A stretch of 64,000 nt of DNA. Origin: Octopus vulgaris. Lineage: Eukaryota. The position numbers and the translations under genes were made by a program. The notes under the pieces were generated by a model, which had not been told where the DNA came from, did no database searches, and saw only the letters and a list, made by a program, of their open reading frames with translations. Positions 36,481-50,964 of the stretch are shown one piece after another. Location: contig OX597832.1 in assembly GCA_951406725.2 (NCBI GenBank), forward strand, positions 70,122,001-70,186,000, in the 5' to 3' direction. Numbering within the stretch: position 1 is the stretch's first letter; each line of letters begins with the position of its first letter.

Positions 36481-39400
36481 ACCTTAAATAACAAAATCGA
36501 AGACTCAAATCTACTCGCCCGGGAAAGTAAAAACAGTGAAGACACAACTCGCTACACTGACCAGGTTAGTAATGATTTACAACTGTTATACACAACACTA
36601 AATTCAATTTTCATTAACAAATCCGACAATAAACAACACACACCAAATGAAACACACCAGAACATCATACGCACTCAAATCAACCTAGCAAAAAGAAAAA
36701 TAGGAAACATTTGGAATACAAACCTGCACAATAGAAAACTCGCCTTCTGGAACATGATAAAAGATTCCAACAAAGCAGATATATACGAGGGATGGATGAA
36801 CTCAACACCAATTGTCCTCCCACGTAAATTCCAGATAAAAATAATTCCCAGCGAGCCTGACGGACAGAGAACTATTAGGGAAAGGTCAGCTCTATCCAAT
36901 TTAAGATCAGAAATAGAACTACTAAAACTTAGGGCCTCCACAAATGAGGAAAAATATAAAAGCATCGACGAGGAGATGCACAATGAAATACAAAAACAAA
37001 CAGAGGGACAACCCCTCGAAAATACACTAAATCATTGGAAGGAAACCTAGGAAAAAAGCAACGATTTCTTCCAAAGATATGCGTCAATTTTCAAAAATGA
37101 ATTGGGTACAGATAATCCCTTTCTTAAGAAAATTACAAAAAATAAAAAAGAAAAACCGAACAGCCCACAAACCACCCCCAACTATCCTCCATACACTAGA
37201 AACAGAATTCACCCACAACCAACATTTTCGAACCACGCAAGACTTAACAGGAAACAAGCTGACAGACAATGCGTCTATGAAATAGATTACACCAAAAACA
37301 GAACACACCAACAATATCCTAATACCAGACCCAACCACCACATAACAGCACAAAGCAACACTAGAATAAGAAATACACCAGACACAAGTCGCTACTACCC
37401 CATGAACCAAAATTACTGGTCCCCACCGAACACAAGACAAACGCAAAAAAACACTAAGTCAAGCAACATCCCACATACAAGCAATTCGAAACAAAAATAT
37501 TTCACATACAGAAATTTTACACACACCACAAACGAAAACAACCATAGATTCCCACACACACACAACAATCGAGAGGAAACAATACCACCGTTCCCCCGAA
37601 CCAATATCACACAACCTCACAGACAACTCATACAAACAAAATTACACCCAACATTTTTTAGCCCGGGACCAGAGACACCAGGACACAGGCTGGAACCTAG
37701 TAATAAGGAAAAACCGAAGATAATCAACCTTTCAACCAAACCTCTCTCTAACATAAACATTGACATCCTCTCAAAAGGGCTCAAATTTACGCCAACTCCA
37801 CGCAGAGCCAACCTAAATGATATCAAGGATAATATAACAGAATTTTGCAGAAAATTAAGACTAGCAGAAGCATCAACCAGTTTTAATACTGAAGATGAAT
37901 CACTAGTCAAGAACAAAAGTGAACACATCCCCCACAAAGGAAGAAATAAAGATCTTGACGAATTCTGCAGCCACATTGGGAACTTTCCCTACCATACTAT
38001 ACATAAACAGACAGTTAACTCAAATCTTAACACTACACAATGGAAGGAACTGATAGAACTTCAAAATGATGAAGATATAACCATTAAGGAAGCAGACAAG
38101 GGAAGTGCAGTTGTAATAATGGATACATCATACTATAGAAATCTTGTAATTTCCTTGCTTGATGACAATCAACATTATGAAAAAATCACCAACTACACCC
38201 CGCAAAAAATAATGAAAACTCTATCTTCACTAATTAAAACCCATGAAAAGGAACTAACAACCAAAGAGATTGACTTTCTAACAAACTTTAAATGCAAGCC
38301 TAGCCTCTTCTATGGTCAGTCAAAAATTCATAAAAGCCAAATTATAAATGAAACCTTTAAAAAATCACCAAAGACATACATACACACACCTAACCCGGGG
38401 GACCTAAAACTACGACCCATTGTAGCTGGCCCAAAATTAAGTCTATTTATGGACATTCTCCTGAAACCCTTCCTTAAACATATCGATAGCCATATCAGAG
38501 ATGACTTGAATATGTTAAACCACCTTCCAAAAAAAAGCCAAGGAAGAAACAATCATGGTTTCATTTGATGTAGTTAATTTATATACCAATATACCTCATA
38601 ATTATGGACTAGAGGCAATACAGTTCTGGCTGGACCAATTTCCGGCAGAAATACCAAAAAGGATCAGTAACGAATTCATTACTAAATCGGTTGAATTCAT
38701 CCTACATAATAACCACTTCATGTTTGACAATACATTTTACCGTCAGTAATCCGGAATTGCTATGGGTACAAAGGCAGCACTAGTCATTGCGAACCTAACA
38801 ATGGGCTACCTGGAATAATTATTTACCAGGAATCTTTATCAACCTTTGGAAACCCCCCCTCTCAATACATAAAAGAGAATTGGAAACGATTCCTGGACGA
38901 TTGTTTTATACTCTGGAATGAAAACACAGATAAACTTCTAAAATTCAAAAACCTATTGAACAGCATCAACCCAAATATACAGTTCACAATGCAATACAAC
39001 CAAAAGGAGCTCCCATTCTTAGATATACTAATTAAAAGAATTAACCTTAAAATAGAAACAGACATTTTTACAAAGCCACAGACGCCAAACAATACCTACT
39101 TTTTGATTCATGCCACCCAAGACACACTAAAACAAACATCCCCTTCAACCTTGCAAGAAGGATATGCACAATAGTGTCAACAAAATACAAGGAACTTTAG
39201 ACTACAATAACTCAAAAACACCCTAATTGACAGGCACTACCCAGCTCAACTCATAGAGGATGGGATCAGACGTGCAACAGAAATCGACATAGAAACTTTG
39301 AGAAAAGTTCAACATAACAACACACCTTACCGAAAATACTGCCTTACATATCCACATACAACCCCAGAAACAAAGAAGCCTTCACCATCATCACCCAGAA

Positions 39401-40275
39401 TTTACCAATACTTCATAAGGACCCCAAATTAAAGGAAATTCTAAACATACATAAAATCATTAAAAGCTACAAACAACCTAAATCACTTAAAAAGACTCTC
39501 ACAAAGGCAAAATTGCTTCCTGAAATTACGGATACAAAAGTAAAAAGATGTGGTAGACCAAACTGTGCAACATGCCCAAACCTTCTAGAAGGATCAGAAT
39601 TCCTCTTCAAAGAGGGACAAAAATTCAAGATCAAATCTAATTTTACTTGTGCCTCTGAAAACATAATTTATGTCATAAGATGCTCGGGCTGCCACCAAAA
39701 CTACGTGGGGTCCACGGGACTATCACTCAGACGTAGATGCTCACTTCATCGACAACAGATTGCATTCCCAGAATACAGAATGATACCCTTTAGTGAGCAT
39801 ATTGAGAAATGCGTAAAGCAACTACTACCACAGTTTTTAATCTTTCCATTTTATCAATGTGCTAATTAGACTAAACAAGGAAACATTCTTCATTGAAAAA
39901 TATAAGCCCAAACTTAACCACTCTAACATTCTTATACAGAGAAACTCACCCCATTAAAAAAAAGGCAAGAAATATAAAGCGATTATCTCCCTTACACCGG
40001 AAGAAATCACTTATTACCTCCCCTTACCTGGAACTCTTCTTTACACTTCTTAACGAAATCATAACAATGTTTTGTGAAATTTGAAAAGTTAAACACGAAA
40101 CCGGTAATATCTTCAAAAACTATGTCAATGTATGAAAAAAATTTATAACATTCTTCTGACATAATGACTCAAATATATATTTTTTAACCTTTTAAAACAA
40201 GCATTCTGTAGTATTTTTCACTTTTTACTATTTTCTATATATTCAACCACGTCCTTTCACACACCAACTTTCTCA

Positions 40276-40278
<3 letters not shown>
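36481..40278 (+). mobile_element. Penelope-like element PLE-3 (Neptune-like), decayed, near full length
   Basis: ORF1 piece 36481-37050; RT N-terminus IINLS..ILSKGLKFTPTP, IKEADKGSAVV; FDVVNLY; RFLDDCF near 38890; GIY-YIG 39513-39869; (TA)n flanks. Confidence 0.9.
40077..40111 (+). ncRNA. Minimal hammerhead (U3-A8) in the PLE-3 pLTR, weak stems
   Basis: AT-TTGAAAA-GT taaac AC-GAAA-CCGG-TA-AT, at the expected 3' pLTR position. Confidence 0.55.
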
Positions 40279-40344
<66 letters not shown>

Positions 40345-40500
40345 CACAATCAAGGAATGGCCATAATAGGCCATTCACCCACTAGAAATAACAGCCAAAG
40401 CTTCAACCGCAAAATAACATTAATTCCGCAAACCAGGAGAAAATTAAAAAAAAACATTTACCCTGTAATTTCTTATACGATGCACCGTTTCATCTATATA

Positions 40501-40566
<66 letters not shown>

Positions 40567-40651
40567 TTATAATATATATATATATATATATATTTATAAA
40601 AAAGAAGTTTGAAAAGGCCACTATATAAGATAAATTTTAATTTTCTTAGAA

Positions 40652-40699
40652 ATTTTACATGTTTCGGTTCTTTTTGAAAAAACGAACCTTATCAAAAAT
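40652..40699 (-). ncRNA. Minimal hammerhead (U3-A8) in the PLE-4 3' pLTR
   Basis: ATTT-TTGATAA-GGTTC...GAACC-GAAA-CATG-TA-AAAT on the minus strand. Confidence 0.75.
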
Positions 40700-43600
40700 A
40701 TTTTAAAAAGTTAAGTGTAGTAAAAAAGTTCATAATTGTTTCTTACTGGTCTCAACAGTATCCACGTGGTGGTGTTTTGTGGGAGTAGGCATAATAGCTG
40801 TAAATTTAAAGTTAAGTGTAATAAAAAAGTTCATAATTGTTTCTCAACAGACTCCACGTGGTTGATTTTAGCTGTCTTATGTGTCCGAATGGTCAGTGAC
40901 TGAAATGGCAGCAGCAGCAGTGACTGTTGATCGTAGTAGTAGTAACCGTGGTGGTGATGATAGTTGGGGTTGCAGCAGCTCATTGGTTGTAGCAGCTTAG
41001 CTGTGGCAGTAGCAGCAGCGGCAGCAGTGGAGGACTGTTGATCGTAGTAGTAATAGTAGTGACCATGGTGGTTGTAGTAGTAGTAATAGTAGCAGCAGTC
41101 GTTGTGATCGTGGTGGTAATGGTAGAATTCCATTTTTCTTTTCGGAAGACCAATGTATTGTTTTAATGTTCCTGGCCCAGGGTGTTCAAATTTGGTCCGA
41201 ATTTTCTAATGAAATAAAGTTCTTTATTTTGGCGTTGAGTGAAGGTTACGCGGTCGCTGAATCTGTAAAGTGGGCAAGTTGTGAATTTGGGATTTTTATT
41301 TGAAGCACATATATCTATGTGTCCGCTGACTGGTATTTTCCTGTATTCAGGATTTCTAATTTGGGATTTATGCACCGCCATCCTTCTTCGTAAGCTGTTT
41401 TTTGTATAGCCTATATACTGCCTATTGCACCCTGTTGTGCATGTTAAGACGTAAATTAAGTTTTCTTATGCACAGGTGAAGTTTGTTCTGATGGTAAACT
41501 GATGGCCTTGTTCTAATGTGATATCTGAACCTTCTACCAAAATTCCGCAGTTGGGCTTTCCACATTTTCTAACTGCTGGTTTTGTGGTTGTTGTTGAGTG
41601 CAGTTTAGCTTGGGTTAAAATACTTTTAAAGGATTTTGGTTGCCGTTTACTTTTAATGATGGTGTGTGTGTCGTGGATTCGGTTTATCTTTGGGTCTCCC
41701 TTGACTAAGGCTGTGCTTTGTAGTATGGTGTTGAAGGCCTCATTGTTAAGTGGGTTGTGTGTAGAGATGTAGGGTAGGGTTTTTAATTTTTCTTTCTTTT
41801 TTGGCTTTGTTTGCCTCAGGTCTTCTATACTTAATTTAAGTGCTCGTTGGATTGCACTGTCTATTAGGGGCTGTGGATAATTTCTATTTATGAGTGTAGT
41901 TCTGAGTTCCTGGAGACGTGTTTTTCGGGTGTTTGATATTATGGTGCAGATCCTTCTGGCTAAACTGAAAGGGACATTTATTCTAGTGTGTCTTGGGTGG
42001 CATGACTCAAAGGGTAGGTACTGCTTGGAGTCTGTCGGTTTATAATAGATATCTGTCTCTACTTTGTTGCCGACTTTCTTAATGAGGATGTCTAAAAATG
42101 GCAATTTTTCTTCGTTATGATCTATCGTGAACTGAATATTTTCATTTATTCCATTTAATAGTATTCCTGAAGTGTTTCTATACTTTCATCCCAGAGGATG
42201 AAGCAGTCGTCGAGATATCTTTTCCAGTTGTTCTGAATATAGGTGGAGAAAGTGTTTCCATATTTTTTAGAGTATTTTCTGGTAGAGTATTATCTCGAGG
42301 TATCCCATCACTAGGTTGGCAAAAGAAGGCGCAGTACGCGTACCCATCGCTGTTCCAGATCGCTGTCTGTAGAAATTATTATCAAAAATAAAGTAATTGT
42401 TTTCTAAAATAAATCTAAGTCCGTCTATTATGAGTTCTTTATTTATGCGAGTTGGGAGTTCAAAGGAGTAGTTGTTTAGCCAGAAAGTGATCGCATCTAT
42501 TCCTAGGGTGTGAGGGATGTCAGAATAAAGGTTACGTCGAAGGATACTAGTAGGGCTTTCTCATTGACTGTTTTGAGGAGGTGGTTAAGCATGTATATAT
42601 CGTCTCTTACGTAGCTTTTGATGTGCTTTAGGAAAGGTTTAAGAAGTGTGTCTAAGAAGTTACTGAGGCGGTGAGTTTCACATGCTGGTCCTGCTATTAT
42701 CGGTCTAAGTTTAAGATCATTTGGTGAAGAGATTTTGATGAGTATGTCGGTAGATGTCTTGCATGTTTCACTAATTATTTGGCTTTTGTGGACTTTAGGG
42801 ATACTGTAGAATAAACTTGATTTGCACTAAAAGTTAGTGATGTAATCGTACTCCTTGTCCGTGAGTCCTTCTCGGTATGTGTTGATTAATGTCCTGAGGT
42901 TATACATTATTTTTGGTGGATTATAATGTTGGGCCCTTTCATAATATGTTTCATCTCCTAATATGGATAGTACTAAATTTTTATAATCACTTGTGTTCAT
43001 TAAAACTACCGCGTTGCCCTTATCTGCCTCCTTAATTGTTATTGTTTTGTCTTCTCTTAGTTTGATGAGGTCATTCCATTCTCTTTTGTTAAAGTTTTGG
43101 CTGTATTTTTGTATTTTGGTGAATTGAAAAGGTAAATTATTTTATTTATGTAGTTACAATAGCGGCCTAAGGCTTTATTCTTTCGCTTGGTAGGGGTGTA
43201 ATCGCTGTTGTTTCTAGCTCTTGATTCATCATCTATTTGTTTGGCATGAAATTCCTCGGCACGTCTTAGTTTCCTACAAAATTCCGAAATATCGTCTTTA
43301 ATTTCATAGTAATTTGAGCGTTGTGAGGTTGGTGTAAATTTAAGTCCTTTGGAAAGTATGCTTATTTCGGTAGGTGTAAGTTCTTTATTTGAGAGATTGA
43401 TTATTTTAATTACCTGTGGTTTCTTTTGTTTGTCCGTTGCCATCGTGTATCCCTGTTCCTGTGTGTTAGGTCTAAAAAATGGTTGGTGTAGTTATGCTTA
43501 AAACTACCGTTGATCTGTCTCCTGTTGTTATAATTTTCAGAGTGGGTTTGTGGTGCCCTGTTTTGTAGTGTGTTTTTGTACCTCGTATTCTTAGTGTATC

Positions 43601-44783
43601 AGGTATATTGTGTTGGTAGTTATTGGTAGTAGTGTGTTTGTTGTTTGTTAGGTTTGTATGGTTGGTTCCTAGGGTAGAGGTTTCGTGGTTGAATCTTAGT
43701 TTGGTTATGTGGATTGTAGTTCATAGAATTGTGTGTTGTATCCCTATGGTTCTTGAAATGATGTGGTGGGTCCCTGTAAGTGTTTTGGGGTTGGTGTAGG
43801 TAGCGTGGGGTGCGTTTTAAATGTTTCTTTCTGGTGTGGAGTGTATTTAGATTTCTTGGTGGTTGTTCCGTTCTGTTAGTATTTGATTTTGTTTTACTTA
43901 ATTTTATGAAGGAGTTGTTGGATATGTTTATTTTTGAAGTTGGTTTCATAATTCCAAGACCAGTTGGCGCACTTTTCCCATCGTTGGAGGGACTTTAGTT
44001 CCTCTTTTTCACATTCTTCTTTCCATAGTGTAAGTAATGTTTCAGTATTGATGCCATCTCTTAGTCTGATGACTTCTTCGTTGATTTCTTCATCTATGGT
44101 TTTTACTTTTTCTTCATTCGTCTTAGCTCGCAATTTAAGTAGTTTAATTTCCATCTTCATTTTTTCTAATGACATTTTTTTCTCTAAGTCTTCTTTGTTC
44201 TTCTGATTCTTCTAGGATGGGCTTTATTAGTAATTTGTGGGGTATGATTTGGAGTGTTGAGTTAAGCCACTTTTGGTAAATCTCTGCTTTATTCTGATTT
44301 TGTATCATTTTCCAAAAAGCGAATTTTCTGTTTCGCTGTAGTTTTCTCCATTGGGGAAGGACTTAGTTCTTTATTTGTAATGTTGAAGTTATTAGGTTCT
44401 TCCCATGTGGTCCTTTTTTTGTTGCTCTTGTTTTGTAAAGTTTGTAAAGAACGTCTTCATTGTGTCGCATAGATTTCCAAGGTTCTCATACATTTCCGAG
44501 GGTGTTTTCTTCGTTTCGGTTTCTTCATTATATTTTGTAGAAGGTCGAGATGTTGAGTTGAGTTTGTTTAAAACTGCTGTTAGCTTTGAGTTTATGCATT
44601 TCAATTCTTTCAGTATCTCTTCATTTATTGAGATGATGTTGTTGATGTCTGTTTTAGTAGGCTTTTTCGGGAGCTCGTACGTGATATGATATTTAAGTGT
44701 AGATCGTATACGAGTGGGTATATATTTATAAAAAAGAAGTTTGAAAACGCCACTATATAAGATACATTTTAATTTTCTTAGAA

Positions 44784-44828
44784 GTTTTACATGTTTCGGT
44801 TCTTGAAAAAACGAACCTTATCAAAAAT
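44784..44828 (-). ncRNA. Minimal hammerhead (U3-A8) in the PLE-4 5' pLTR
   Basis: Same motif as 40652-40699 with a shorter loop 2. Confidence 0.72.
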
Positions 44829-45544
44829 ATTTTAAAAAGTTAAGTGTAATAAAAAAGTTCATAATTGTTTCTTGCTGGTCTCAACAGACTCCATGTGGTT
44901 GTTTTTAGCTGTCTTATGTGTCCGAATGGTCAGTGGCTGAAATGGCAGTAGCAGCAGCAGCAGTGGAGGACTGTTGATCGTAGTAGTAATAGTAGTGACC
45001 ATGGTGGTTGTAGTAGTAGTAATAGTAGCAGCAGTCGTAGTGACCGTGGTGGTAGTGGTAGAATTCCATTTTTCTTTTCGGAAGACCAATGTATTGTTTT
45101 AATGTTCTTGGCCCAGGTTGTTCACACTTGGTCCGAATTTTCTAATGAAATAAAGTTCTTTATTTTGGCGTTGAGTGAAGATTACGCGGTCACTGAATTT
45201 GTAAAGTGAGCAAATTGTGAATTTGCGATTTTTATTTGAAGCACATCTATCTATGTGTCCGCTGACTGGTATTTTTCTGTATTCAGGATTTCTAATTTGG
45301 GATTTATGCATCGGCATCCTTTTACGTAAGCTGTTTTTTGTATGGCCTATATACTGCCTATTGCACCCTGCGCATGTTAAGACGTACATTTTCTGATGCA
45401 CAGGTGAAGTTTGCTCTGATGGAAAATTGATGGCCTTGTTCTAATGTGATATCTGAACCTTCTAGTGGCGTTTTCAAACTTCTTTTTTATAAATATATAA
45501 GATCTACATATATATCTAATATATAAGATCTACACTTATTTTAA

Positions 45545-45576
<32 letters not shown>

Positions 45577-45794
45577 TCTCTCTCTCTTTTACTTGTTTCA
45601 GTCATTTGACTGCGGCCATGTGGGAGCACCGCCTTTAATCGAGCAAATCGACCCCGGGACTTATTCTTTTGTAAGCCCAGTACTTAATCTATCGGGGTCT
45701 CTTTTGCCGAACCGCTAAGTAACGGGGACATAAACACACCAGCATCGGTTGTCAAGCAATGCTAGGGGGACAAACACAGACACAAACACACACA

Positions 45795-45838
<44 letters not shown>

Positions 45839-46010
45839 CATATATACGACAGGCTTCTTTCAGTTTCCATCTACCAAATCCACTCACAAGGCTTTGGTCG
45901 GCCCGAGGCTATAGTAGAAGACACTTGCTCAAGGTGCCATGCAGTGGGACTGAACCCGGAACCATGTGGTTGGTAAAAAATATACTTACCACACAGCCAC
46001 TTCTGCGCCT
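45577..46010 (-). mobile_element. tRNA-derived SINE, full length
   Basis: Reverse complement of the family sequence. Confidence 0.88.
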
Positions 46011-46037
46011 ATATATACATATATATATATTTATATA

Positions 46038-46147
<110 letters not shown>

Positions 46148-46178
46148 CATATATCTACATATATATATGTATATATAT

Positions 46179-46228
<50 letters not shown>

Positions 46229-46535
46229 GTTTATATACATACACACACACGCACTTATATAGTATTGATTTATCGCCTTTCTGACACACATATACTCCGA
46301 GATGAAATGATATTTTATTACTGCAGTCAGTCCTGAACTATTTTAGTAAATACATATTATATACTATCAATCATACTCGAAATTATATTGGGTACCGTCA
46401 TCGTCGTCAACGTTCTTGTAGTTGCTGTAGTTGTTGTTCTAGTTTCACTTCAGGTCTGATCGGAAACACCAGAACCATAATCAAAATCAGACCAACCGTG
46501 TACATGTTGCCCTCTCTCTCTCCTTCTGTCTTTAA

Positions 46536-46591
<56 letters not shown>

Positions 46592-46630
46592 AGAAAGATA
46601 AATAGATATATGTATGCATATATATATGTT

Positions 46631-46690
<60 letters not shown>

Positions 46691-46710
46691 CATACAGACA
46701 TATATATATA

Positions 46711-46768
<58 letters not shown>

Positions 46769-49700
46769 AATGTTTATAGGTGTGTGTGTGCTGGGGGATG
46801 TGTGTGTGTGTGTTTGTGTGTGTGCGTGCGTATATTTGTGCATACAACATTTATTAGGACATTATATTTGAATGTATGCCTTAGATTAATTTTGTAGTGA
46901 TGGTTGGACGCAACATCTGTTTCGGCCATTATTAGCCCATGTCATATGAAACTCAATAGCGTTAAAGTTATGTTTTCATACCACCACCCACTTGAATAGT
47001 GACTTGTTGCTGGCAGTGATGTAACGTTGTGTCTGAGGCTTGTCTTGTATTTTTAGGCAGTTTTCCAAGTACAATTTGATAGTTATAGTGTCTTTTTCCA
47101 CGTTACTTTCCCGGTATAATGCACAATGATTCTGTACCATTTGAAGTTAACAAGTAATGTCACAATATTCTATTGCGATGTGAATTCTAGATGTTTCGGG
47201 AGGGGGGGGGGTGTCACACGGCAAGAATATTAAACGTGATGCCTGCAACGTTTCTAAAATTTTGATAAAATATTTTCGTTGTTGTACAAATGGCACAACG
47301 CTTATAGGAGAGTTGGAAAGAATAGTGTTTGAGTTTGTTTTTTTTTGTGACCATTCCAATAAGCAAAGCAAATTTCTTTTGTATAGAGAGGCTACATGAG
47401 TATTCAAGAGACGACCAAGAAGTAGAGAAGCGGAAAAGTTTTGTATGATGATCTCTAGACTAAAGAGTTGTAAAGATCTATGGACACATTCTGCAGTGCA
47501 TATCAACTTTATAGTTCCTATATGCACTCAAGCTTAGGTTGTTAACCGTTTCACCTAAATCTTTGATACAATTTGGCGCTTCGAGATGCTTTTCCGAAAG
47601 AAGAGATTGTAGGTATTTATGTATATCCTTTTTTCTAATTTACAGAGCTGTATTAACATAGTAAGTGATCTGATCTGAGATCGTGTGCTGCAACGAAAAC
47701 AATTGCAGCGCGGAAGGCGCTTATAAGCCATTTAAAAAACTCACACACAAAACCCGTTAGATTCACTTGAACATTTAATACTAATTTGTCATAATATTTT
47801 CGTCGATTTGAGAACAGGTTTGAGATGCAGCACGGAATGTTGTCAGTCATCAGGTTGCGGCCTGAAAGCGACGAAAATAATTTGCCAAATTAAAGTTAAA
47901 TCTTGAAGTGAATCTAACGGTTTTTGCGTGTTTTTAAATGGTTTATAAACACCTCCCGAGCTGAAATTGCTTTTTTCTAAAGCTAAATACAAATTTTCCC
48001 CCGTTTAGCAGCTCGATGAGGCTGGGGGTTTCCAGTGAATCACAATAAATATAAAAGATTGGAGTTTTTGATTTTCTAGAGCTGAGCTTCAATTTCAAAG
48101 AAATTGTTTTTTAATTTCCTGTTTGATAACAATTGATGAATTCTGTTCGAGTATAACTTAACTCGTCCACCAGTTCATAAATTTGTAAAGTGTCTATTCC
48201 TGAGTATTCCGGCTTTCGAACCCTGTTTCGGGACTTTCGTAAACCAATCCACTGAGGGCGGCTTAAAGTCGCCCACCGTTCAAATATGTGTGGTGTATGT
48301 GTGATGAGGAGGACATACATAAGTATACATATTTCAAAGAGGTACGAGTATGTGTGGTATGTTCTTATTCTCACGTGACCTGGTCAATCATCGGTGCCCT
48401 CTGTCTTCCACCCTCTTTAATTCCTTCTCTCTCTGTCTCTCTTTCTCTCTCTCTCTACCCTCTTGCGACCTGCTGCCTAACAAGACATTTCGTTGGTGAC
48501 CGCGGCCCGCTCAAAATCGTTCCCCCTCTGCCGAAAAGGCAATTTTCCAAACACGCCTGCTAGTAAGTTATATTTGTCTCATTTTGTCTAAAGTCGTAAG
48601 ACACCTGCTGTTATCCTGTTATTAACCATTCTTGTTTTTTATTTTTGTTTTCATTTTTTGTATTTATATTCGTCCCTGTTGCGTTTACATTCGCTCCTTT
48701 TCCTTAGTTTTTCCTTGGAGCTGGCCGCGTTGGAGCAAATATCAGAATTAATCAGCCGAAATTTGCTATGATGAACCGGTTTCTGACTGAAGATTAAAGG
48801 CTTCGAATGACCCGTCTGTTTTCTGTGTTGGCCCCTTTGTGTATTTCACGTTCTTGTTTATATATATATATATATATATATATACACGGATATATATTTG
48901 TATATATACATACATGTGTGTGTTTGTGTGTGTCAGTGTTATTTGTGTGTATGGTGTGTGTATGTGTGCGTGCATGCGCGCGCGAGTATGGGAATGGCTG
49001 AATATCATTTCAGAAAGTATTTTAAGATTTCAAACTATTTCAATATACTTTTATCCCTGCAGAGACTGGAAGAGTCCCATAATTGAGAATAATCTTTCTA
49101 CACGTACAGCTGTTACTCTTCTGCTGCCCCTGCTCCTACTGCTGTGACTTCGCTAGTGATGCAGTTGAAACTGGTATTTCTAACACTCATCTATGATGGT
49201 GATGATGATGATGATGATGATGACGATGATGATGATAGTGATGACGATGACGACGACGATGATGATGATGTGTGAATATTTGCATATGGGGAATTAGTGT
49301 CTCTTGTGATAGACATCATTTCAAATAATAATGGGCGATAAATTGTAAATTGTTAAGGCGGATCAAGCAGAAACAGTTGGTGTCTAATACGGCGAATGAA
49401 TTGTTGTAAATAAAACTGGATAATTATAAAAGTTTTAATGAATAGAAAATACTTCTGGTCCAAACACACGCAGACTTCCACACATGCGCGCACACACATA
49501 CACGCATACATATGTACGTACATGCATACATATGTACGTACATGCACACATACGTACATGCATACATACACACATATATACATACGTACATTCATTATTT
49601 ATATACACAAACATACGAAACAAGACAGTTTTTATCGCCGTACACCTTAATCAGACCATTTACTCTCGCAATCATTTCCGTTACATTCATGCATAAAAAT

Positions 49701-50498
49701 GCAGAATGTGTGTATATATGTGTATATTTTCGTATACACATATGTGCATGTTTTCGTATACATATATGTGTGAATATATGTGTTATAAATGCAGCTTCGA
49801 CGGTGTCTTACAAATGTTCGCTCCACAATGCCGAGGCCAGAATCTCTTGTTTGGAAATATTTCGAAAAACGCGAGCAGAAGCTTGTCGAAGGGATTTCAC
49901 TTTCTTTAATAAAGGTAAATAAAGGTAATATATATATTTACCCACAGATTCGAGCACATATGCATCAGCGTGACTGACACTGAGTATTAATTTAAGAGTA
50001 TTTAAGATTAAGTTTTAAAATAGTAACAGATCATGTAGCAATGACATGAGTGAAATATTAGCGAAAAGGTTTTGTCGGATTCATCTGAAATAAATTATTA
50101 AATTGCGCATGATTAATGTATATATATGTGTACGTGTGTACATGTGTGTGTGTGTGAATTGTGCGTTTGAGCGTGTATTGTGCATTTGTATGTGTGTTGT
50201 GTGAAAGATTTTGTATGTACAAGTGTGTGAGTGCATATTAATGTGTATGTGTGTTAAACATCCAAAGACACTGTAAGTATCAGAATCCATATATAAAGAT
50301 AAGAAAGTAGAGAGCTGTTATTTTACTATCTCTAAATATGTAAAGCTATTTGCAGCACATTGAAATGTGTGCACAAAATTTATTTGATTCTTTTGGAAGA
50401 CATCGAACAATAACGTGAGATTAAGTCATTGGCACTAACATATAGAAACTCTATGATCCGTCTTTCATCTGGCATATATATATATGTACATACATATA

Positions 50499-50538
<40 letters not shown>

Positions 50539-50649
50539 CATACATATATATATGCTTATATATATATATACATATACATATATAAATATATATATATATA
50601 TACATATATATACATACATACATATATATATGCATATATATTTATACAT

Positions 50650-50699
<50 letters not shown>

Positions 50700-50774
50700 G
50701 TATGTATGTATATATACATACACATTCATACATCCCGCCTCATTTATTATGTGTGTGTGCGTGTGTGCGTTGAT

Positions 50775-50964
<190 letters not shown>

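Larger units (their letters stand above)
40593..45540 (-). mobile_element. Penelope-like element PLE-4 (Neptune-like), partial-tandem arrangement
   Basis: ORF1 pieces 43620-44604, RT pieces 41466-43443, EN to 41163; upstream tandem 3' copy 44723-45463 (EN plus pLTR) and a short inverted stub 45464-45540. Confidence 0.9.

Noticed and set aside
48285-48720. Possible LTR with a PBS-like TGGTGACC
   Set aside because: No partner LTR, TSD or adjacent coding remnant could be verified
49789-49977. MPRPESLVWKYFEK, BED-finger-like
   Set aside because: Too short, with no Cys/His ligands following; at most a hAT remnant
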